A stretch of 64,000 bases of DNA from an uncultured Acidimicrobiales bacterium (GTDB taxonomy: Bacteria > Actinomycetota > Acidimicrobiia > Acidimicrobiales > RAAP-2): assembly GCA_963769825.1 (NCBI GenBank), contig CAVYNO010000019.1:29852-93851 (forward strand). The letters are read 5' to 3'. A program made the position numbers and the translations under genes. The notes beneath the pieces were generated by a model. That model ran no database searches and was not told the origin of the DNA. It saw nothing but the letters and a program-made list of their open reading frames with translations. Of the stretch, positions 40,911 to 49,095 are shown piece after piece (position 1 is the stretch's first letter; each line of letters begins with the position of its first letter).

Positions 40911-41416
40911 GGGCTTTCTTCTCGTGGACCAGATCGGGCCCCATGTGGACCGCGACATGGTGCCTGGCCCGAAGGTCGGTCGGACTGATCGGCCTTCTAC
41001 GCCAGAGTCCGAAGTCCGACGACGGCTCCGTGACAGCGTTCGTCGCCCTGCTCTTGGTGGCGATGTTCGTACTCATGGGATTGGTACTCGACGGGGGAAC
41101 CGCCCTCAGCGCCCAACAGGCAGCGACCGACGAGGCCGAACAGGCAGCTCGGGCTGGAGCGGGCTCCTTGTCCGTCGATGCGCTGCGGGCCGGTTCGATC
41201 AAGATTGATCAGCAAGCAGCCGTCGCTGCCGCGGAGGCGTTCACCCTGGCGGCTGGTCACCCGGGTACGGCGACCGTCTCCGGGGACGTCATCAGGGTTG
41301 AGGTCCACTACCGCGTTCCCACCGACATCCTCAGCATGGTGGGCATCAAGTCGCTTCCGGTGTCGGCAGAGGCGACCGCATTCGACGTCGCCGGCGTCAC
41401 CTCGGGGTCTCCATGA
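40907..41416 (+). CDS. TadG-related (Tad_N-type) pilus assembly protein
   Basis: ORF 40907..41416, ATGA overlap. DDGSVTAFVALLLVAMFVLMGLVLDGG. Confidence 0.6.
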   Translation: MRAFFSWTRSGPMWTATWCLARRSVGLIGLLRQSPKSDDGSVTAFVALLLVAMFVLMGLVLDGGTALSAQQAATDEAEQAARAGAGSLSVDALRAGSIKIDQQAAVAAAEAFTLAAGHPGTATVSGDVIRVEVHYRVPTDILSMVGIKSLPVSAEATAFDVAGVTSGSP

Positions 41417-44400
41417 GATCGGGCGTTCCCACACAAAAGAACAGCCTCCGCCTGCGAGCCTGGATCTCCATTGCGGTCCTGGCACTGGTGGTCGCGGGCG
41501 TGCCTGCAATCTTGTTCGCAGTCGGAGGTTCGCCGTTCCGCCTGCTCGGACATTCGGTGGCTGGCAAAACGTTCACGTCTGCCCATCAGGCTGACGGCCT
41601 GCGACTGGCGACCCAGTGGCTGCTGCGGGGGGCGCTCGTGCTGGCGTGGCTTTCGTGGGCATGGGTGGCGGTATGCGTGGTTCTCGAGGCCCGATCATGG
41701 ATGACCGGGCATACTCCCGCTCGTCTGCCAGCGAGTCGGACCCTGCAGTCGGCGGTGGCCTGCCTGGTGGGAACGGCCTTGGCCGTGTCGTTGATGAGCC
41801 GCGGTCTGTCCGCGACCGAGAGCGTTGGGTCAACTGAGCGTGCCGTTGCGTCCTTGGGTCAGCTCCGGGTCCTCGAGGATCCGATGCCCTTCGGCGCACA
41901 CTCGCACGTTCCGGATCCACCGATGAGGTCTGACCACGGAACGATCGGCGTTGGTCACGGAGACGAGAAGACTTCCAGGCATGCGTCCTGGTCGCCGGCT
42001 GATCCAGGCCGATCCCCAGCTGAGGCCACCCGCATTCGAGACGATGTCGGTCCGGTGGCGCCAGATCCGCCCCGATCCCAAGGAGGGTCCGATCCGGGGC
42101 CCATTGTTTCGAATCCCGAGCTCCACCGGGTCGGCCCGAGGGAGACGCTTTGGTCTATCGCTATCGAGCGCCTTGGCACCGCTCGGCGTTGGAGAGAACT
42201 GGCACAACTGAATTATGGGGTCGTACAGCCGGACGGTGGCTCGTTGGATCTCGACCATTGGATCAAACCGGGCTGGACATTGCGGCTGCCGGGTGTGGAG
42301 GTCGCACACCGGGGGGCGGCGTTGGACGCAACAGCCCCGCAACGCAAGCGAGGACTCCGAGCCGGTCAGGCTGGCTACCTACTCCGAACGGATGCCGCGA
42401 TCGTGCCGGTAGCTGGCTCTGACTCCGGCAACGTCGTTCGGTCGAGTTCTGCCCGAGCTCTTGCCCGAGTCCCTGTTGTCCCCGTTGTCCCTGTTGTCCC
42501 TGTTGTCCCCGTTGTCCCCGTTGTCCCCGTCGTCCACCGATCGTCGGAGGATTCGGAGACGAAATCACCGGGTGCCTCGGACAAGGGAGACGGGGTCCAC
42601 GTGTCTGACGATCCCGATGCACCGGCCAATCCCAGACAACCCGTTGTACCTGTCGGAGCCGGCGTAGTTGGCGCGGGCGTGGCAAATCTCCTGGACCGAA
42701 TGAGACGGGCGCAGCAGCGTCACCGTCAGGGAGGTATGTACATCCCGCTGCCCGGTCCCGATCATCGGCGATTCGAGCAGCGGCTCCGCATCGGCGATGC
42801 GCAGAGCATCCCGAGGGACGTGGACCTGTCCCTGCGTCTTTTGGCCCAGTGGTGGCGTGAGACTGGTCAACGGACATCAGAGATCTCAGGAGTGATCGTC
42901 AATCCCGAGTCCATTGCAGTGATCGTTGCCGATATTGACGCCTCGGCCGATCGTCCCCCATATGTGTCCACAGGTGAGGACGGACGATCGTTGTTGCTCG
43001 ACCGGGCAGGGTTATCCGACCTCACGAATGAACCTCCTGACCTGACCCACGCAGCCGGAATGCGCGCGCCAGTACCTGCATTGGTGACCGCCGGCCACGG
43101 CGAGTCTGGAATCGTCATGATCAATCTGGAGACCGTCGGCTCACTCGCGATACGTGGGGATCAGGAGGCCTGCGACGGCTTTGTCCGGGCACTGGCATTG
43201 GAACTCGCTACCTCTTGGTGGTCAGACCAATTCGAGCTGCTGCTGGTTGGGTTCGGGGCTGAACTCGAGCGCTTCGATCGGGTGAGCGCCGAGAAGGACG
43301 TGTCGGGGCTGGTCAGGAAGCTGTGCGTCCGCCGTGTGCAGGGAAGCGAGCAATTGGAGTCATTCGGCCTCGACCGGTTCTACGAAGCACGCGGCACCAC
43401 CGGATCCGACGAATGGGACCCGATCGTGGTGGTCTGCGGCCCGGCAATGGATCCGGCCGATCTGGCGGCCCTGGTAGATGCCGCCTCGGACTCCAGGACG
43501 GGAGCCGCCATCGTCGTCTGCGGGGACGTGTCGGGTGCCACCCACCAGGTGACGCTCGACGGAGCGCAGCGCGGGGTTTGGCTCTCTGTTCTGGGCTCGA
43601 TGTTCCTGCCCCAACAGGTCGGGCCCAACGAGTTGACTTCCGCATCTTCGTTGGTGGAGACAGCGGTGAGGCGCGAGTCGGTGCTCTCGTCAGACGAGCC
43701 CTATGTCAGCCTTCCAATCGCCATGCCGGCTCCAGTCGGCAGTCAGACGGTCTCGCTACCTGCCGGCAATGGAACCCGCGATACCGACGTCAGCCGAACC
43801 AGACCCGTCAGCACCGACCGGTCGCCCGCGAACACCGGTGTCGAGGTGGCTGTCCTTGGGCCCGTCGAGATTCGGGGTGCAGATCGAGAGTTCACCAGAG
43901 CCTGGGCCAGGGAGCTGGTCGTCTACTTGGCCATGCATCCCAACGGCGCGTCGAACGACTCATGGGCCACCGCGCTGTGGCCGGACCGGGCCATGGCTCC
44001 TTCCAGTCTTCATTCCACTGCTTCGGTGGCACGCCGCGCACTTGGTCAAGCAGTTGGCGGCCAGGACCATCTACCTCGGTCGCACGGCCGGCTGCAGCTC
44101 TCGAATTCGGTGACAACCGATTGGGACCGCTTCGTGCGGCTGGCTGACTCCCCCGACCCGGAAGAGTGGCGATCGGCGCTCCAGCTGATCAGGGGTCGAC
44201 CGTTTGAAGGATTGCGGTCGACCGACTGGCCCATCCTCGAAGGAATCGGGCCGGCGATCGAAGCGGCCGTCGTCGACCTGAGCGGCCGGTTGGCCGGCGC
44301 ATACCTAGCTGCTAATCGGCCGCAGGACGCGCAGTGGGCCGCTCGCAAGGGATTGTTGGTGAGCCCGTATGACGAACGGCTGTACCGGATGCTGATGCGA

Positions 44401-44580
44401 ACGGCCGATCTCGCCGGTCATCCCGCCGGCGTCGAGTCAGTTATGGGCGAGCTCATCAGACTGGTAGCGGCCGAGGTCGAGCCGTTCGATTCGATTCATC
44501 CGGCCACGGTCGACCTGTACCGATCACTCAGCCGGCGGCGCAGTCTGGATCCGGCTGCCCGCCACGGTGGCGACCGATGA
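41413..44580 (+). CDS. Large membrane protein: N-terminal TM segments, LysM domain, (PVV)7 repeat, unassigned central domain, C-terminal SARP winged-helix + BTAD domain
   Basis: ORF 41413..44580, ATGA overlap with the TadG-like gene. TM-like AWISIAVLALVVAGVPAILFAV, ALVLAWLSWAWVAVCVVL and AVACLVGTALAVSLM. LysM: HRVGPRETLWSIAIERLGTARRWRELAQLNYG...IKPGWTLRLP. SARP/BTAD: VEVAVLGPVEIRGADREFTRAWARELVVYLAMHPNGASNDSWATALWPD...LIRGRPFEGL...SPYDERLYRMLMRTADLAGHPAGV. Confidence 0.8.
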   Translation: MRSGVPTQKNSLRLRAWISIAVLALVVAGVPAILFAVGGSPFRLLGHSVAGKTFTSAHQADGLRLATQWLLRGALVLAWLSWAWVAVCVVLEARSWMTGHTPARLPASRTLQSAVACLVGTALAVSLMSRGLSATESVGSTERAVASLGQLRVLEDPMPFGAHSHVPDPPMRSDHGTIGVGHGDEKTSRHASWSPADPGRSPAEATRIRDDVGPVAPDPPRSQGGSDPGPIVSNPELHRVGPRETLWSIAIERLGTARRWRELAQLNYGVVQPDGGSLDLDHWIKPGWTLRLPGVEVAHRGAALDATAPQRKRGLRAGQAGYLLRTDAAIVPVAGSDSGNVVRSSSARALARVPVVPVVPVVPVVPVVPVVPVVHRSSEDSETKSPGASDKGDGVHVSDDPDAPANPRQPVVPVGAGVVGAGVANLLDRMRRAQQRHRQGGMYIPLPGPDHRRFEQRLRIGDAQSIPRDVDLSLRLLAQWWRETGQRTSEISGVIVNPESIAVIVADIDASADRPPYVSTGEDGRSLLLDRAGLSDLTNEPPDLTHAAGMRAPVPALVTAGHGESGIVMINLETVGSLAIRGDQEACDGFVRALALELATSWWSDQFELLLVGFGAELERFDRVSAEKDVSGLVRKLCVRRVQGSEQLESFGLDRFYEARGTTGSDEWDPIVVVCGPAMDPADLAALVDAASDSRTGAAIVVCGDVSGATHQVTLDGAQRGVWLSVLGSMFLPQQVGPNELTSASSLVETAVRRESVLSSDEPYVSLPIAMPAPVGSQTVSLPAGNGTRDTDVSRTRPVSTDRSPANTGVEVAVLGPVEIRGADREFTRAWARELVVYLAMHPNGASNDSWATALWPDRAMAPSSLHSTASVARRALGQAVGGQDHLPRSHGRLQLSNSVTTDWDRFVRLADSPDPEEWRSALQLIRGRPFEGLRSTDWPILEGIGPAIEAAVVDLSGRLAGAYLAANRPQDAQWAARKGLLVSPYDERLYRMLMRTADLAGHPAGVESVMGELIRLVAAEVEPFDSIHPATVDLYRSLSRRRSLDPAARHGGDR
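42469..42531 (+). repeat. 9-bp in-frame tandem repeat GTCCC(T/C)GTT x7 encoding (VPV/PVV)7
   Basis: Units run from 42469 to 42531. The protein reads RVPVVPVVPVVPVVPVVPVVPVVHRS. Confidence 0.9.
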
Positions 44581-44678
44581 AAGTCCAAGAGCCTCGTGAA
44601 CCAGTGAGGCAAGGCGCCTGGTGAGGCAACGCGCGCCAGTATCAGACGCGGTCAAAAGTCGTGGGCGGCGGTCCAAAC

Positions 44679-44725
44679 AGGCCGGGCAGAAGGCGAGAGG
44701 CCGGGCAGAAGGCGAGAGGCCGGGC
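44679..44725. repeat. 19-bp direct tandem repeat AGGCCGGGCAGAAGGCGAG x2 plus a 9-nt partial
   Basis: Copies at 44679-44697 and 44698-44716, partial at 44717-44725. Located between the convergent stops at 44580 (+) and 44744 (-). Confidence 0.85.
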
Positions 44726-44743
44726 CGTGCTCGGCCCCCTCGG

Positions 44744-45895
44744 TCATGGACTGGGTGCCGGCGGTGGTCGTTGGTTCCGCAGCCGGTTGTGGAAGGCGCA
44801 GAGCACGCGCCCGTTCTCCTGGACGGTGAGGCCACCGGCGGCGTGGGGCAGGATGTGGTCGACGTCGCAGTCGCAGGCCGGCCTGTCGCAGTAGGGGTGG
44901 GTGCACTCCCGATCCCGTAGTTCGATGGCCCGGCGGGTGGCCCCGGTGAACAGGCGGGCGGTGGCGCTGACCTCGACCCGGCGGTCGGGCTTGAACACGG
45001 CCCGCTCCAGATAGGCCGCATCCAGCCAGGGGAGGAGGGACCCCGGCGAGATGGCCAGGCCTTGGGCCAGCTCACAGATCCGTCCCTGGGCCGTCGACGG
45101 CCAGTCCACCAGCACGCTGAACAACGGGGCGGGGCGGCGCCCACCCTCGGGGGCGGTCCGGGAGCGGGTGGCCATCTCGACCAGGGCGTCGGCCCGGCGC
45201 TGGCCCGGGGTCCGGCTGAGCTCGCCGAGCGTCGGGTCCCGTCCGAGCGAGGTGCGGGCCGCCGCCCAGTCGGCCTCGAACAGCTCGCCCTCCAGGCGCT
45301 CGAGCTCCCCGCTGACGATGGCCCCGGCGATGGGATCGAGGGTCATCTTGCCCAGCCACAGGCCGGCGAAGCTGGCCTCGAGGTAGACCTGGCGCCGGGA
45401 GCGGCGGGCCTCGGCCTCCTCCTCGGTGCCGTCCGGGTCGGCCAGCTGCTCCCAGTAGGCGACGGCCCGGACGAAGGACTCGTAGCGCAGCGTGCGGGCC
45501 TGGTCGACCAACAGGGCCTCGTCCCGGTCGAGGGCCGCCTCGGTGGCCGGCCGACGCAGGGCGGCGATGGTGTCGACGTGGGCCCCGCTGATCTCCCCGG
45601 CCGACCAGGCCCTCGCACAGGCCGGGAGGTGGGACAGGACCCGGCCCCGGCGCACCAGCCGCCGGGCCTGGGCCTTGGGCAGCCGGCACCGGGTGGCCAA
45701 CCAGGCCGCCGAGTTGCGTGCCCCGTCGGGGGCCCACCCCTCCGAGGCGTCGAAGGCGGCAGTGGCGTTGGTGACGAAGGACTCGAGGCGGGCCAGCTCA
45801 TGCTGGAGGACCTCCATCGACTCGGCATCGCCATAGGCCGACGGGTCCATCCCGACCAGCCCATCGATTGCCGAAGAAAGGGCTTCGAGTTCCAC
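44744..45895 (-). CDS. DUF222-domain HNH endonuclease (13E12-repeat-family type)
   Basis: ORF 44744..46021. C-terminal CTHPYCDRPACDCDVDHILPHAAGGLTVQENGRVLCAFHNRLRNQ (HNH). The N-terminal DUF222-like region begins ...LEALSSAIDGLVGMDPSAYGD. GTG 45895 is preferred, though the longest ORF reaches 46021. Confidence 0.8.
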   Translation of the reverse strand: MELEALSSAIDGLVGMDPSAYGDAESMEVLQHELARLESFVTNATAAFDASEGWAPDGARNSAAWLATRCRLPKAQARRLVRRGRVLSHLPACARAWSAGEISGAHVDTIAALRRPATEAALDRDEALLVDQARTLRYESFVRAVAYWEQLADPDGTEEEAEARRSRRQVYLEASFAGLWLGKMTLDPIAGAIVSGELERLEGELFEADWAAARTSLGRDPTLGELSRTPGQRRADALVEMATRSRTAPEGGRRPAPLFSVLVDWPSTAQGRICELAQGLAISPGSLLPWLDAAYLERAVFKPDRRVEVSATARLFTGATRRAIELRDRECTHPYCDRPACDCDVDHILPHAAGGLTVQENGRVLCAFHNRLRNQRPPPAPSP

Positions 45896-46102
45896 GAGGC
45901 CCAGTCCACACCCCCGGTGTGACACCGTCGGGCAGACGGTGACGATGCGGAACGGCCACGGCAACTGCGATCCAACACCGCCAACCGATGACCGATCACA
46001 GCCGACCGTTGCACTGGTCATCGTGCCATGCCGGGCTGAGACTCGAGATCGAGTCTTTCGGACCTTCGGGCGAGTGTCGGACCCCGGGCGGAGCCCGAGA
46101 GG

Positions 46103-47137
46103 TCAGAGAACCAATTCGGCCATCATCTGAAGTGTCTCGGAATTGCCTGCTACGAGCAGTGTGGTGGCGATGGATTCGCGCCAACCCTCGAGATCGTCGC
46201 GGATCTTCTCCTTTGGGCCGATGAGGGCGGTGTCCTCGATGAGTGAGGTGGGGACGGCCGCGGTGGCCTCGTGCTTGTGACCGGCCAGGTATAGCTCCTG
46301 GATCTTGCTCGCCTCGGCCTCGTAGCCCATGCGGGCGAAGACGTCGAAGTGGAAGTTCATCGACTTTGCGCCCATGCCCCCGATGTAGAGGGCGATGGAC
46401 GGTCGCATCATGTCGGCCGCCCGTTCGACGTCGTCATCGACGATGGTCGGGGCGAATGCGATCACCTCGAAGTCCTCGGCCGTGTGCCGGGCCCCGGGCC
46501 GGCTGAATCCTTCGGCCAGGGCGGGCTCGAACGCCTTGACCGCGTTGGGAGAGAAGAAGATCGGGAACCACCCGTCGGCGATCTCGGCAGCCAGGGCGAC
46601 GTTCTTCGGGCCCTCGGCGCCCAGGATGATCGGGACGTCCTTTCGAAGGGGGTGCACGATCGACTTGAGAGGCTTTCCCAGTCCAGTGCCGCCCGGGTAG
46701 GGGAGCGGGTAGTGGGGACCGTCGTTGGTTACCGGCCCTTCCCGAGCCAGAACCTGGCGGACGATGTCGACGTACTCGACGGTCCGGGCCAACGGCTTCT
46801 CGAAAGACCGGCCGTACCAGCCCTCTACGACCTGAGGGCCAGACACCCCGAGACCAAGGACGAACCGTCCGCCCGATAGGTGGTCGAGGGTGAGGGCAGC
46901 CATGGCCATCGCCGTCGGTGTCCGTGCCGACAGCTGGCAGAGGGCGGTACCCAGCCGGACCCGACTGGTTGCCGATCCCAGCCAGCTGAGGGGGGTGAGC
47001 GCGTCCGAGCCGTAGGCCTCGGCCGTCCAGATGGAATCGAAGCCCAGCCTCTCGGCTTCGGCGACAAGTTCGGGTGCGTTGGCCGGCGGGCCCGAGCCCC
47101 AGTAGCCGAGTTGCAGCCCGAGCAACATGTCCTTCAT
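46103..47137 (-). CDS. LLM-class F420-dependent oxidoreductase
   Basis: ORF 46103..47137. LGFDSIWTAEAYGSDALTPLSWLG...GRFVLGLGVSGPQVVEGWYG. Confidence 0.85.
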   Translation of the reverse strand: MKDMLLGLQLGYWGSGPPANAPELVAEAERLGFDSIWTAEAYGSDALTPLSWLGSATSRVRLGTALCQLSARTPTAMAMAALTLDHLSGGRFVLGLGVSGPQVVEGWYGRSFEKPLARTVEYVDIVRQVLAREGPVTNDGPHYPLPYPGGTGLGKPLKSIVHPLRKDVPIILGAEGPKNVALAAEIADGWFPIFFSPNAVKAFEPALAEGFSRPGARHTAEDFEVIAFAPTIVDDDVERAADMMRPSIALYIGGMGAKSMNFHFDVFARMGYEAEASKIQELYLAGHKHEATAAVPTSLIEDTALIGPKEKIRDDLEGWRESIATTLLVAGNSETLQMMAELVL

Positions 47138-47421
47138 GCCGTCCTCCCTAGAACCAGACCCCGACCCTAGCTTCGGCTCTCTGTCTCACCCCAGTCGGGA
47201 ACACCCAACCCCAGTTCCGCCAGCGGAGCAGCATCTCAGGCGATCCCGATCGCCTACTGTGAGTCACGGAGGGCCGTGCCGGCGCCGCCTCGCCGCCGAA
47301 CCACCAAACGACCGATCGGCAGCGTGCGATGAGCGGAGGCAACGAATAGCTAGGGGTGTATGCACTAAGGGTCCCTTGCCACGAAGAACTAGCAATCGGG
47401 GAACTAACAACGGGAACTGGC

Positions 47422-47492
47422 CTAGTTGGCAACCCAGGCCATTGCCAACTAGGGCAATTGGCAACCAGGCAATTGCCAACTAGGGCAATTAG
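47422..47492. promoter_or_regulatory. Array of alternating TTGGCAA / TTGCCAA half-sites with nested palindromes and a 31-bp direct repeat (candidate multi-site operator)
   Basis: TTGGCAA at 47426 and 47457. TTGCCAA at 47442 and 47473, giving 16/15/16-bp spacing. CTAGTTGGCAA-N9-TTGCCAACTAG is an 11-bp inverted repeat. GGCAATTGCC palindrome at 47468-47477. ATTGCCAACTAGGGCAATT occurs twice. The array lies 65-135 bp upstream of the permease ATG. Confidence 0.45.
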
Positions 47493-47556
47493 TAAGGTCA
47501 GCGTCTAGAAGGTCGGCGTCAACAAGAAGCGTCCAGGAGGAGTTGACCGAAGCACC

Positions 47557-49092
47557 ATGACCACGACGATGCCAGAGCTCAGGGTGTTCGACGGCAACCG
47601 GCCCTCGCGGACGGGCGACCTGACCCTGGAGACGGCCGGGATGGTCCCGATCCCCGAGGACGCCCGTTACGGCGCCAGCTGGCGCAACTTCACGGTGTGG
47701 TTCGCCCCGAACATGGAGTTGTCGGGGGTCTTCACCGGCACCCTGGCCGCCACGCTGGGGTTGGGATTGTGGGCCGGCCTGGCCGCCATCGTCATCGGCG
47801 TGTTGTTGGGCGCCGCCCCGGTTGCCGGTCTGGCGCTGTGGGGCCCGAGGACCGGGATGGCCCAGCTTCCGCTGGCACGCCTGCCCTTCGGGAAGTCCAT
47901 CGCCGTTCCAGCCCTGGTGCAGTGGCTCTCGGCGGTGGCCTGGGACGGGTTGGTCGGCCTCTTCGGCGGGGAGGCGGCACAGCTCCTCTTCCACGTTCCC
48001 TTCGCCGTCGGGGTCCTGGTGGTGCTCGCCCTCGAAGGGCTGATCGGGTTCCTCGGCTACGAGTTCGTCCACGGGCTCCAAGCCTGGGGAGCCGGGATCC
48101 TCGCCGTGCTGTTCGCACTCCTCACGTACAAGGTGGTCGAGCGGGGGAACTTCCCGGTGCACGGAACGGTCCACGGAGGGGCCGCGGTCGGGACCTTCAT
48201 TCTCATGACGACGATCGCCTTCAGTGGCGGGTTCAGCTGGGCCACCTACGCGGCCGACTACAGCCGCTACATGGCGACTGATACTCCACGCGCGCCGGTG
48301 TTCTGCTTCACGTTCGCGGGGATGGCCGGCTCATTCCTCTGGGTGTACACCATCGGTCTTCTGGGAGCGCGTTCCCTCACTGACCAGACGGCAGCCGGAG
48401 TGAAGGCCCTCATGGGTGGCGGGGCGCTCGGGTACCTGTCCCTGGTGGCCGTGGCGTTCGGCGCCGTGACCAGCAATGCCATGAACGACTACTCGGGCTC
48501 ATTGGCCGCCCAAGCCGGAGGGGTACGGATCAGGCGGCACATCTCGGCTGCGTTCGGGACATTCATCGCCTTCTTCCTCATTCTCTGGCTCCACACCGGG
48601 AACCTCTCGGCCAAGTTCCAGAACGTGCTGCTGTTCACCGCCTACTGGATCGCACCGTTCCTGGCCGTGGTAGTCATCGACTGGCACGATCGGAGGAAAG
48701 GCGTGGACCGCCGCACACTGGTCCACATGCTCCAGTGGCGGAACCTGGCCTCGGGGTGGCCCGCCCTGGTCGCTTTGGTGCTCGGCTTCGGTGCCATGGT
48801 CCCCTTCATGAACACGGGGCTTTTGGTCGGGCCGGCAGCCAATGCCCTTGACGGCGCCGACATCTCGTTCGTCGTGGGGTTCGTGGTGGCCGCCGCCGTC
48901 TACTACCCGATGCGCAGGCTCGCTGCCCAGCCGGCTGTTTCCCCACGGGACGCCGCCCTGACGCCGGCCGACCCCATCGCGCCGTCAGCTCCCGCAGCCG
49001 CTGCGGCCGGCGCCACCCCCCCAGCGACTGCCAACCCAGCGACCGCCACCCCCGCCACCCCCGCCACCCCCGCCACCCCCGCCACCGGCTGA
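47557..49092 (+). CDS. NCS1-family (cytosine/purine/uracil/thiamine/allantoin) permease
   Basis: ORF 47557..49092. About 12 hydrophobic segments. N-terminal ...PIPEDARYGASWRNFTVWFAPNMELS is typical of NCS1/CodB-like carriers. The C-terminal tail is low-complexity (ATP)n. Confidence 0.8.
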   Translation: MTTTMPELRVFDGNRPSRTGDLTLETAGMVPIPEDARYGASWRNFTVWFAPNMELSGVFTGTLAATLGLGLWAGLAAIVIGVLLGAAPVAGLALWGPRTGMAQLPLARLPFGKSIAVPALVQWLSAVAWDGLVGLFGGEAAQLLFHVPFAVGVLVVLALEGLIGFLGYEFVHGLQAWGAGILAVLFALLTYKVVERGNFPVHGTVHGGAAVGTFILMTTIAFSGGFSWATYAADYSRYMATDTPRAPVFCFTFAGMAGSFLWVYTIGLLGARSLTDQTAAGVKALMGGGALGYLSLVAVAFGAVTSNAMNDYSGSLAAQAGGVRIRRHISAAFGTFIAFFLILWLHTGNLSAKFQNVLLFTAYWIAPFLAVVVIDWHDRRKGVDRRTLVHMLQWRNLASGWPALVALVLGFGAMVPFMNTGLLVGPAANALDGADISFVVGFVVAAAVYYPMRRLAAQPAVSPRDAALTPADPIAPSAPAAAAAGATPPATANPATATPATPATPATPATG

Positions 49093-49095
49093 GGT

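Noticed and set aside
47138-47556. Possible TPP or purine riboswitch in the 420-bp leader of the NCS1 permease
   Set aside because: I could not find the conserved TPP core (CUGAGA ... ACCUGAUCUGGAUAAUGCCAGCG-like) or a purine-riboswitch three-way-junction pattern. The conspicuous structure is a DNA-level palindrome array instead. A covariance-model scan (Rfam/Infernal) would be decisive.
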